IMG/VR virus record: IMGVR_UViG_3300045253_000042
Span: 1 to 58,032 of that record
Length of the DNA stretch: 58,032 nt
Origin: a virus
Taxonomy: Duplodnaviria > Caudoviricetes
Direction: 5' to 3' (one strand)
Positions 25,666-34,461 of the stretch are shown piece by piece (positions within the stretch are counted from its first letter, which is position 1; every line of letters starts with the position of its first letter). A program made the position numbers and the translations under genes. The notes below the pieces were generated by a model that saw nothing but the letters and a program-made list of their open reading frames with translations, was not told the origin of the DNA and searched no databases.

Positions 25666-27141
25666 CTAGGCGATGTTGGTGAGCACACCCATGGCGACGG
25701 GTGCCCGGTTGATGAACGCCTCGAAGGACCGGATCTCGAAGTCCTTGCGGGGGCCACCACCGAGGGTGTCCGCGACACGCGAGGTGCCGTAGTCGAACTG
25801 GGTGACGTCACGCAGGGTCCGGCACTCCAGCACGCTGGAGATGTTGGCCTGCGGGAACGGCACCCGGTCGGTGCGGGCGATGATCGTGCCCGGCGGCAGC
25901 GACGTGTGGACCTCAATCGGGACGGTGATGCCGCCCGCCGGGGTGTTCACGACGTGCCCGACGCGGCCACCTGCGACCGTGTCGACACGGCCGGCCTCAT
26001 CGGTGTTCAGGTACGTCACCGCTGAGGGCTGCGCCAGGATCAGGTCCGCGATCTCCTGCGCCTGCGCCGCGTTCATCATGAGCGCGGTCGGGGAGCACTT
26101 GACCTTGTTCCAGATCGCCAGGAACAGCGCCTTGATCTGCGTGACGGACCCGCCGGACAGGGCTAGGGCCGCCGCGCCGCCGTCGGTGAAGACGGCCGGG
26201 TTGGCGGTCGCGGAGCCGGTCTGCACGAACTGCCCGGCCGTGTTGTAGTCGCCGGTCAGCGACGACAGGAAGCCGTTGAACTGCTGGCCCTGGCCCGATG
26301 CGACACCGGATCCGTTGTCCGCCGCCAGGTTCAGCGTCGGGATGACGGAGTACAGGTCCGGCAGTGCGGACAGCGGCTGGTTCGAGCCCGTCGCGGCCGT
26401 GATCGTCACCGAGGCGGTGGTCGTGGTCGCGTAGTAGAACGAGGTGCCGCCCGAGTTCGAGCTGATGAACCAGTCGTACGCGACCGCGCCCTTCACCGCG
26501 GCGATGGAGCAGGCGATCGAGCCGGTCGAGCCGGTCGTCGTCTGGTCGGTGGAGGCCTTGCCGCGGCTGTTCCCGCCGTAGTAGTAGCCCATGGCGGTGC
26601 GGGCCGCGACCGACACCCGGTACGTGGTGAGCGCCGCGAGGGTGCCACCGGTCGTCGACGGGGTCGCGGTGATCGTGCCGGGCTGGACCAGGTTGTAGCT
26701 CTGGCCGCCGATGAGGGCCCTGTCCTCGGCGATGAGGAAGTCGTTCAGGGTCTGCATCGTCTGCTCGGCGTACGGGTCGAACAGGCCCCGGGCCACGTCG
26801 AAGGCGTCCTGGGTGACCTGACCGGAGCGGGCCAGCGGCACGTACGGTGCCTGGAAGTCCTGCTCGGTGTTGATCATCGGCTTGCCTGCGTAGTCGTACC
26901 CGGCGAACGGGGTCGACTGGCTGGCGGTCGAGTCCATGAACGCGCGCCAGATCGCGAACGGCGAACCGTTCGGCGAGGACTTGCGCGCGACCTTGTCTCG
27001 GAACGGGGTGACCACCGGGATCAGTCGCACGATCCCGGTCAGGTCGTAGGAGTACGCGCCGGTCGACTCGAGCAGGCCCGTGGTCTGGGCCTTGGCGATC
27101 TCGGCGAGCGTCTCCTCGGTGACGTCCTGGAGGACAGTCAT
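25666..27141 (-). CDS. Major capsid protein with inserted FN3/Ig-like domain
   Basis: Position after protease/scaffold; YDL...LIPVVTPFR...EDRALIGG; insertion GGTLA..TYRVSVAA...VKGAVAYDWF; ends MGVLTNIA. Confidence 0.85.
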   Translation of the reverse strand: MTVLQDVTEETLAEIAKAQTTGLLESTGAYSYDLTGIVRLIPVVTPFRDKVARKSSPNGSPFAIWRAFMDSTASQSTPFAGYDYAGKPMINTEQDFQAPYVPLARSGQVTQDAFDVARGLFDPYAEQTMQTLNDFLIAEDRALIGGQSYNLVQPGTITATPSTTGGTLAALTTYRVSVAARTAMGYYYGGNSRGKASTDQTTTGSTGSIACSIAAVKGAVAYDWFISSNSGGTSFYYATTTTASVTITAATGSNQPLSALPDLYSVIPTLNLAADNGSGVASGQGQQFNGFLSSLTGDYNTAGQFVQTGSATANPAVFTDGGAAALALSGGSVTQIKALFLAIWNKVKCSPTALMMNAAQAQEIADLILAQPSAVTYLNTDEAGRVDTVAGGRVGHVVNTPAGGITVPIEVHTSLPPGTIIARTDRVPFPQANISSVLECRTLRDVTQFDYGTSRVADTLGGGPRKDFEIRSFEAFINRAPVAMGVLTNIA

Positions 27142-27205
27142 GGAGGTGGTGCCCCTTTCAGGCATGCGTCAGGGCCCGCGCTCGGCGGGGTGACGGAAGG
27201 TCGGG

Positions 27206-29143
27206 TCAGTTGCGGTGCGGCGGGCGGGTGGCGTGCAGCTGGCGCAGCGCCTCAGCGGCTGCGGTCTCCAGCTCCAGGGCCCTAGCCGCCCTCGTGGTGG
27301 CGTCAGGAGCGGACGTCCACTCCTCCTTCGCCACCGTCTCGTGCCGTAGCGCACCGACGTTCTGACCGCGCAGCACGTGGGGCTCCGGCATGGGCCGGTC
27401 CTCGTCGCCCCGCACGCGCTCTGCGCCTCTGGTCAGGACCTTGGACGGTGCTGGTGCCTCCAGGTCGGCGATCCGGTCCTCCAGCGCCTTCACGACCTCG
27501 GCGTGCTCGTCGTCTCGCGCCTTCAGGACAGCGGTCACCTGCTCCTCGATCATCTCCTTCAGCACCTCCTGAGCCGTCTTGGCGACCGGCTCCTCGGCGG
27601 AGGTGGAAGCTGTGGTGGCGGGCGGCGGCGCGGGCTCGGTGGCCGCGGTCGCGTCCGTGGGGGTGCCGACATCCTCCGGCTCGGCCGGGGTGTCGTCAGG
27701 GGCGTCGGCCGGGGCGTCCGCGTCGGCACCGGTGGTGCCCATCAGGACCCGCAGGCCGAGCTCGACCAGGGCCGCCTTCTGCTCCGAGCCGGACCCGGTC
27801 AGGGCCTGGCGCTTCAGGTCCGCATCGGACACCTTCGCCAGCGGGTCGTCCGCCCTGGCGACCTCGTCGGGCTCGGGCTCGGGCTCGTCGGCCTTCGCGA
27901 CGGCCGCTGCGACGGCCTCCGCGATCACCGCGGCCTCCTTGGACACGCCCACCGACGCGGACGAGCTGTGCCCGTCGTCGGCGGTGTCGGCCACGGGCTC
28001 GGTGGTGTCCGCGGTGGTCGGCTCGTCGCCTTCCTTCGCCACGTCGTCGACGGCCGGGGCGGCGGGCAGCGACGACAGGACCTGGGAGAGGGAGTCGACG
28101 GCGTCGCGGATCTTGCCCTCGTTCGCGGCGGACAGGACCCGGCCGGCCTTGGCGATCGGCACCAGCTGCTCCAGGACGTCCAGGGCGCCCGGGTCGATGC
28201 CCTCGGCGGCCTTGCCGACGGCCTGGATCTCCTCGGTGCCGGTCTGCGCCTCCAGCTCCTCATCGACGGCGTAGGCGGCCAGGACGCCGATGGCGTAGTC
28301 GAGGGCGCAGGCCGCATCGTTCAGGTCGAAGGAGTTGTCGATGCTGTCGGCGTCGCCGCCGGTGTCGGCCTCGACCATCTCCCGCTGCGCGAGGACCTCC
28401 AGCGCGTTCTTGGTTCGGCCCAGGACCCCGGTCCACTTGCGGGCCGTGGCGGCGTCGACGGACTCCCAGGCGGGTGAGCCGGGCACGTTCTCGTCCCCGA
28501 CGATCCCGTCGGCGGTGCCCTCCGCGAGCGGGGTGGCCAGGTCGACCTCGCCCGGGTCCTCGCTGACCTCGTCGTCGGCCTTCGCCACGTTGGTCGCGCC
28601 GGCGTCAGCCGAGCCGGTGTTGTCGGCGGCCTGCGCGGTGGGCTGGTCTGCGTCGTGGTCAGACAGGGAGCCGACCTGCTCGCTGGCGCCGCCCTCGCTC
28701 GCCTCCGCGCCGTCCGAGGTCGACTCGGCGACTGCGTCCTTGGCGACCTGCTCCACCGTGTCGGTGTCGGGCATATCGGTCTCCTCCTGGGCCTTGGCGA
28801 CGTCGATGCCGAACTTCTTGGCAGCCGCCTTGATCTTGGGCATGGCCTTGTCACCGAACGGGGACTGCGGTGCGCGCGACAGCGCGTTGCGGGTGTGCGC
28901 CTCGTCGTAGATCGCGAAGTGCCGCAGCGACAGCGGCGTGGTCTTGCCGTTGGCCTTCTTGCCGCCCGGCTCGACGTACGCGAAGTCGGAGTCGGGGCGC
29001 TCATCCATCGACGCCGTCGAGGCTTCGGCCTTGGCGATCAGGACCCGGTGCCCGTTCGCGGACTTGCCGACCAGGTCGACGCGCGGCAGGTCGGCGTCGA
29101 CGAGCTCGGTGAAGTCGTCGACCGGGATCGTCGTGTCGCTCAT
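27206..29143 (-). CDS. Capsid scaffold / maturation protein with DUF6582-like domain
   Basis: RVDLVGKSANG, PDSDFAY...RHFAIYDEAHTRNALSR...KIKAAAKKFGIDV, KAGRVLSAANE motif; acidic, low complexity. Confidence 0.7.
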   Translation of the reverse strand: MSDTTIPVDDFTELVDADLPRVDLVGKSANGHRVLIAKAEASTASMDERPDSDFAYVEPGGKKANGKTTPLSLRHFAIYDEAHTRNALSRAPQSPFGDKAMPKIKAAAKKFGIDVAKAQEETDMPDTDTVEQVAKDAVAESTSDGAEASEGGASEQVGSLSDHDADQPTAQAADNTGSADAGATNVAKADDEVSEDPGEVDLATPLAEGTADGIVGDENVPGSPAWESVDAATARKWTGVLGRTKNALEVLAQREMVEADTGGDADSIDNSFDLNDAACALDYAIGVLAAYAVDEELEAQTGTEEIQAVGKAAEGIDPGALDVLEQLVPIAKAGRVLSAANEGKIRDAVDSLSQVLSSLPAAPAVDDVAKEGDEPTTADTTEPVADTADDGHSSSASVGVSKEAAVIAEAVAAAVAKADEPEPEPDEVARADDPLAKVSDADLKRQALTGSGSEQKAALVELGLRVLMGTTGADADAPADAPDDTPAEPEDVGTPTDATAATEPAPPPATTASTSAEEPVAKTAQEVLKEMIEEQVTAVLKARDDEHAEVVKALEDRIADLEAPAPSKVLTRGAERVRGDEDRPMPEPHVLRGQNVGALRHETVAKEEWTSAPDATTRAARALELETAAAEALRQLHATRPPHRN

Positions 29144-29664
29144 GTGGTGCTCCTGACCGTGCGCCGCTTGGCCGCGCCCTGCGTGGAGACGCCGGTGACG
29201 CGACCGGTCTTGTACAGGCCCCAGGCGTAGTCATCGCACTGCAGGCCGACCAGCCACGTCCCGGACTTGATGACCACGTCCTCGCCGCCGGTGTTCGTCA
29301 GCGCCCAGTCCGGGCCCCGGTACACGTACGACTCGACGACGACCGCGTGCTCGTCCTCGAGCCCGGGGTTGAAGTAGGAGGCGTGCGCGACCCCGGCGAC
29401 GCCACCGCGGTGCTTGGCGATCAGCCGCCACGCGGCCTGCTCGACCTCGGCCTCGTTCATGAAGTCGCGGGCCCCGTCGACGCCCTTCGCGATCCGGTCC
29501 TGCTTGCCGGGCTCCCACGCGACGCACAGCAGGTAGCGCTGCTCGGCGGTCTCCTTCACGACCTCGACGGGCAGCGGCTCCGGCTCGAGCGCGGACTTGG
29601 CGACCGGCTCGTCGCCGACGAGCTCGTAGTGCCCGGTGGCCGGGTCACGGCGCAGATGGGTCAC
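29140..29664 (-). CDS. XkdF-like capsid maturation serine protease
   Basis: D..RDFM...EVEQAAW...H...VVESY...IKSGTWLVG...W...K.G.VTGVSTQG. Confidence 0.82.
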   Translation of the reverse strand: MTHLRRDPATGHYELVGDEPVAKSALEPEPLPVEVVKETAEQRYLLCVAWEPGKQDRIAKGVDGARDFMNEAEVEQAAWRLIAKHRGGVAGVAHASYFNPGLEDEHAVVVESYVYRGPDWALTNTGGEDVVIKSGTWLVGLQCDDYAWGLYKTGRVTGVSTQGAAKRRTVRSTT

Positions 29665-29666
29665 GA

Positions 29667-32600
29667 TCAGTCCCCTTCACCGAACTCGACGGGCAGGTCC
29701 GACACGCTCGCGCCCGCGGCGTCGATCAGCACCGGGGAGGACGCGCAACGGCAGTACGGGTGGACGGGCACCAGCGACCCTTCGGAGACGGGCCACGGGT
29801 TGTTCTCCTCCAGAGACGTGCACTCCTGGCAGGCACCGTCAGCGGTCAGGACGTCGAAGGCCTCGATGCCGTTGGAGGCGTAGGTGTCCAGGGTGGCCGC
29901 GTCGACGGCGCGGGCCGTCTCGGTCTGCGCAATCATCTCGGCGCGGCTCAGGTCCCCGACGATGCCGTCCAGGTAGCCAGCGATGGTGTCGACGCTGTCC
30001 CCGGCGGCCAGGCCGTCCGCGACGGCGTTCCCGATCCGCTCCAGCGTGGTGGCGTCGATCCCGTCGATGCTGATCCCGGCACCGTCGAGCAGGTCCGCGA
30101 GGCCACCGTCAGCCGCGGCGAGCGAGGCTGACGGGTCGCCGGGCTCCCACGTCGACCAGTCGATCCCGGCCGCGACGTCACCCACGGCGGAGGCCACGTA
30201 CCCGCCGGACTGGCGGGCTGCGGTGCCCAGGCCGGCGGTGTAGGCGTCGGCGATGAGCTGGCGCATGACCCGCTCGAGCTCGGCCGTCGATGCCGCGCCG
30301 GCAGCCGACTGGGCGGCTGCGGTGATCTGGGCGCGGGCCGCCGCGGCCGCGTCATCCTTCGCCACGGACCCGGCGGCCCGGGCCGGGGCTCCCTCCGCCT
30401 TGGCGGCTGCCCCGGCTGCTGCCGCGCTGTGCAGCTGGGAGGGGCTAAACGTGGCCCGTAGAGCGGCCTGCAGGAGTGGGGCGTAGTGATCGGTCAGGCG
30501 CAGGTCGTAGGCGTGCTGTGGGGCGTTGTCCGCGTCACGCCATGACGCTTTTGGGTCGGCCTTCACCACCTGCGCCGTCCCGGTCAGCGCCGCCAGGACG
30601 ACGGGCAGGTCCTGGGCCAGCTCGGAGCGCACCGCCGGGTTGCCCTCCAGGCTGGCCGGGTCCCACCAGGCGGCGACCTCGGCGCAGTCCCCGTCCGGGT
30701 CGTCCGGGTTCAGCACCCGGCCGGTCTGGTTGTTGACCGGCAGCACCGACTCGTCGGGGACGACGATGACGAAGCCCTGGTAGACCCCGTTCGCCGAGGT
30801 CCACGTCTGGCCGTTCTCGAAGGCGTGCGGCGTGGCCAGGTCCAGATAGGGGGCCAGGGAGCAGCCGGTCTCCTCCTGCCACTCCCGCCATGCGGCAGCG
30901 AGCGGGGTCTCGCCGTCCTCGATGCACCCGCCGGGGAACTCCCACGTCCCCGACGCCGGATCGGCCGGGTCGAGGGCGCGCTGCAACATGAGCACCCTCC
31001 CGGTGTCCGCCGCGACGACCGCCAGTCCGGCCGCGACCATCTGGCCGGCCGCTTTGCGCACCTCGGCCCGGCCTGCCTGGTTGAGCCGGTGCGCGAGACG
31101 CGGCTCGAACGCGGCGAACGTGAAGTCGCGCCAGTCACGGGACTTGCGGCGCTGCTTGACGAAGCGGCGGAACGTGGCCAGCTCGCCCTTGACGACCTCG
31201 AGCAGCTCGTCGTCCTCGTCGTCGTCGGCCAGCATGGGGGAGCCGTAGGCGCCGGTCTGCTCAGTGATCCCGACCGTGGCCTCCTTCGCCACCGGCGGCG
31301 GTGGCGGTGGCGCTGCGGGCGGCAGCTCGGGGACTGGCGGCCCGTATCGCTGCACGGCGAGCGGCTCGGTCGGCGGCGGCGGGTTCGGCATGACACCCTC
31401 GACCGGGGTGAACGGGGCGTGCGGCAGCGGTGCGTCAGCGACGGGGGCGGCGGACTCAGCGTCGATGGGGCCGGCGACGGCCTTGAGCGCGGACAGCGGG
31501 ATGGGGCCGCCGCGGGTGGTGAAGATGAACCGCGGCACCGGGATGCCGTCCGGCTCGGACAGGCCGTACACCCGCTGACGGGCCTCGGACGCGGAGATGA
31601 CCCCCGCCTTGATGTACAGGTCGTCGGCCTGCGCGGTGTTGAGCCGGTCCTCCTTCTCCTGCCCGGTGTCGAACGCGAACTCCAGGTCCAGGCCCAGGTC
31701 GTCCTGCAGGAACCGGGTGAAGATGCCCTCGGCGTGCTGGATCAGCGGCAGGTCCCCGATGCGGAACTGCACGTCGGACTGGGTCTCGGAGGTGGCCCGG
31801 TTGACGGTCTCGGTGAACCCCAGGTCCGAGGGCACCACGTGGTAGCTGGCCGCGGTCTTGCGCATGAGGAACAGGGAGAAGGCGTCGGTGAACTCCTTCT
31901 CGTTCGTCCACGCGAACGTGGTGCCGTTCGGCACCCACTTGACCTGGTGCTTGGCCGTGTCGTCGCCGTACAGCAGCGCGTCCCACGCGGTCTGGAAGTC
32001 CTCGATCTGGGTCGGGTCCCAGCCGTCGGGCGCGGACGCGAACGCCTCCGGCACGTTGCCGGTGGTGAAGCGCTGCAGGAAGTACGACTGGAACCGCAGG
32101 TCGGTGTTGGCGTTCAGCAGCACCGACTCGATGGGCGCCTTCCCGTACGGGGTGCCCGACGTGGGCTGGTACGGGACGTAGATCAGGTCGTCGGTGGTCA
32201 ACCAGTCCCACGGGATGCCCTGCGCGAACTGCACGAACGCCGGCGCGGGCGGCTCCGGGGTGCCCCCGTAGTAGTCCAGCAGCGGCGCGATCGTCGTCCC
32301 GTCGACGACCTTCAGGCCGATGGCCTGGCCGGCGTTGTTGCGCATCCGGTACAAGGTCCCGGCGTCGAACGCGAGGATGTCGTACAGGTAGGAGGCGAGC
32401 CACGCCGGGAACGGGGTGAGCCGGTCGGGCCGGTCCAGGATCCGCTTCCCGTACGCGATCTGCGCCTCCACGTCGAGCCCGGACGCGCCGGGCTTGGCGA
32501 CCAGCGACCAGGCCAGGGACCGCACCGAGTTGATGCGGTGCCAGATGCAGATCTGCGCGATGTCGTACGCCTCGATCAGGCCGCGCAGGGTGTCGAAGCT

Positions 32601-32807
32601 GACGCGCTCGTCGCGGCGGGGCCGGGCCGCGATGTTGTAGCCGGACATGTAGTCCTGCTCGCGCGGCGGCACCGAGTAGCCGGCGTAGGGCGCGAGCGGC
32701 GCACCGGGGCCGAACGTCCGGCCGACCATGCCCTGGCGGGCGGCGGCCTGCTCCATCGGCACCGGCCGGCCCCACTGGTCCACGACGAGCAGGGAGGTCT
32801 CGCTCAT
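29667..32807 (-). CDS. Portal protein fused to NUDIX hydrolase and MuF-like minor head domain
   Basis: Portal motifs (YGKAPIE, F..GNVP, VVPSDLGFTETVNRATS); Nudix box GCIEDGETPLAAAWREWQEETG; MuF motifs RAEMIAQTETARA, CQEC, PVHPYCRC. Confidence 0.9.
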   Translation of the reverse strand: MSETSLLVVDQWGRPVPMEQAAARQGMVGRTFGPGAPLAPYAGYSVPPREQDYMSGYNIAARPRRDERVSFDTLRGLIEAYDIAQICIWHRINSVRSLAWSLVAKPGASGLDVEAQIAYGKRILDRPDRLTPFPAWLASYLYDILAFDAGTLYRMRNNAGQAIGLKVVDGTTIAPLLDYYGGTPEPPAPAFVQFAQGIPWDWLTTDDLIYVPYQPTSGTPYGKAPIESVLLNANTDLRFQSYFLQRFTTGNVPEAFASAPDGWDPTQIEDFQTAWDALLYGDDTAKHQVKWVPNGTTFAWTNEKEFTDAFSLFLMRKTAASYHVVPSDLGFTETVNRATSETQSDVQFRIGDLPLIQHAEGIFTRFLQDDLGLDLEFAFDTGQEKEDRLNTAQADDLYIKAGVISASEARQRVYGLSEPDGIPVPRFIFTTRGGPIPLSALKAVAGPIDAESAAPVADAPLPHAPFTPVEGVMPNPPPPTEPLAVQRYGPPVPELPPAAPPPPPPVAKEATVGITEQTGAYGSPMLADDDEDDELLEVVKGELATFRRFVKQRRKSRDWRDFTFAAFEPRLAHRLNQAGRAEVRKAAGQMVAAGLAVVAADTGRVLMLQRALDPADPASGTWEFPGGCIEDGETPLAAAWREWQEETGCSLAPYLDLATPHAFENGQTWTSANGVYQGFVIVVPDESVLPVNNQTGRVLNPDDPDGDCAEVAAWWDPASLEGNPAVRSELAQDLPVVLAALTGTAQVVKADPKASWRDADNAPQHAYDLRLTDHYAPLLQAALRATFSPSQLHSAAAAGAAAKAEGAPARAAGSVAKDDAAAAARAQITAAAQSAAGAASTAELERVMRQLIADAYTAGLGTAARQSGGYVASAVGDVAAGIDWSTWEPGDPSASLAAADGGLADLLDGAGISIDGIDATTLERIGNAVADGLAAGDSVDTIAGYLDGIVGDLSRAEMIAQTETARAVDAATLDTYASNGIEAFDVLTADGACQECTSLEENNPWPVSEGSLVPVHPYCRCASSPVLIDAAGASVSDLPVEFGEGD

Positions 32808-32823
32808 GCGACCCGCCTCCAGC

Positions 32824-34458
32824 TCATCGTTGTGGTTGCTTGCGGTGGGCCCGGAACGCGGCCTGCCGGGCGGCCTCCAGCGGAGCCAGCTCGACGACCT
32901 CAGCGGCGGCGGCCTGCTCCTCGGCGGCCTTCTCGGCTGCGATCGTCTCGGCGCGGCGCTTCATGAACTCGATCCACTGCGCAGCCCCGGCGCCGCCAAG
33001 CAGCAGCCGGTCCAGGCCCTGGGACAGCGCGTCGACCTGGTCGTCGTTGCTGCCGTTCGGGAACGCTGCGGCCTCGTCGATGATCTCGGCCCCCCACCCC
33101 GGGTCGATGTCGGCGTGCGGCAGCAAGACGTTCCCGGCCTCGATGAAGTGGGACACGGCGCTGGCCCGGGCGTACTTGGAGCCGTGCGGCTCGACCGGCA
33201 CGATGCCGGGGATCTTGGTGCGCAGCGTGTCGATGACGGCGCTGCCGTTGGCCTTGTCCTCGACGAGCTTCGCGGCGGCGCCGGGCCACTTGGCGACCTG
33301 GTGCTGGAACGCCTTGATGGTCTCGGTGAACGTCATCCGGCGGCGCACCTGGTCGAGCACGTAGACGTCCGCCCCGATGCGGGCCAGGACCTGCCCGACG
33401 ACGAAGTCGGAGCCGCGCTTGTCCTTGAACGTCATGTCCCACGACAGGACCATGTCGTCGCACACCATCCGGTGGGTGCCGTCCGCGTCGACGGTCCACG
33501 GGATCGCGGCGTAGCGGCGCCACCACTGCCGCTTCCACACGTCGCCGGACTCCGGTGCGGGCCGTCCCTGGAACAGGGCCTGCCACTGGCGCGGCGGGGT
33601 GGCGACCTTTGTGGCCCGCCACTGGGACCCGGTGCGCTGACGGGCGGAGTCCATGAACTCCCCGGGCTGACGGCCCAGCGGGTCGACCTGGCCCTTCGCC
33701 GGGTCGTGGTCGGCCTGCGCGGGGATGTTGATGACCGTCCACCGGTCGAAATCGAGCTCGCCCGCGGCCTCGTCCTGCGCCTGCTTGGCGAGCAGCCGAC
33801 CGGCCAGGTCGAGCTCAGACCAGCGGGTCAGGATCAGCACCACGGGCGCACCCGGGCCCAGACGCGGCCGACCGACCGACGTCCACCACGCCCACGCGGC
33901 CTCGGACTGGTTCTCCGAATCGGCGGCCTTGTAGTCCTTGACCGGGTCGTCGATGAACAGCACGTCGACGGGCCGCCCGGTCAGGGCGCCCCCGATGCCG
34001 ATGGCGTAGCAGCCGCCACGGTGCGGCGGGTCCAATACCCAGCGGGACGCGGCCTTGGAGTCGCGGCGCAGCCGCAGACCCAGGTCGACGTTCCCGTCGG
34101 TGCCGTCGAACGTCAGAATGTCGTTGCGGATCTTGGAGGAGAACCCCGACGCGATGTTGCCGTCGAAGGAGACGATGCCGATGCGCAGGTTCGGGTCCCG
34201 CGCCAGCATCCACAGCGCCCCGTAGTGCGTGGTCCGCTCGGACTTCCCCTCCTGCGGCGGCATCGAGATGATCAGCCGGTCGGTGCGGCCCTCCGCCACG
34301 TCGACCAGGGCCGCGTCGACGATGTCGAGGGCGCCGGTCTGGCGGGTCGTCGGATCCAGGTCCCTCGCCAGCGCCCCGGGTGTCGACCAGTCGGGGCGGT
34401 CCAGGACCGGGTTGGAGAACGCCCGGGCGACCAGGTCCAGCACCGTGTCGACGGACAT
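32824..34458 (-). CDS. terL: Terminase large subunit
   Basis: Walker A MPPQEGKS, Walker B FIDDPVKD, TRW..DLAG, LSWD nuclease, LVEDKANG, NDDQVDALSQ. Confidence 0.95.
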   Translation of the reverse strand: MSVDTVLDLVARAFSNPVLDRPDWSTPGALARDLDPTTRQTGALDIVDAALVDVAEGRTDRLIISMPPQEGKSERTTHYGALWMLARDPNLRIGIVSFDGNIASGFSSKIRNDILTFDGTDGNVDLGLRLRRDSKAASRWVLDPPHRGGCYAIGIGGALTGRPVDVLFIDDPVKDYKAADSENQSEAAWAWWTSVGRPRLGPGAPVVLILTRWSELDLAGRLLAKQAQDEAAGELDFDRWTVINIPAQADHDPAKGQVDPLGRQPGEFMDSARQRTGSQWRATKVATPPRQWQALFQGRPAPESGDVWKRQWWRRYAAIPWTVDADGTHRMVCDDMVLSWDMTFKDKRGSDFVVGQVLARIGADVYVLDQVRRRMTFTETIKAFQHQVAKWPGAAAKLVEDKANGSAVIDTLRTKIPGIVPVEPHGSKYARASAVSHFIEAGNVLLPHADIDPGWGAEIIDEAAAFPNGSNDDQVDALSQGLDRLLLGGAGAAQWIEFMKRRAETIAAEKAAEEQAAAAEVVELAPLEAARQAAFRAHRKQPQR

Positions 34459-34461
34459 CGG

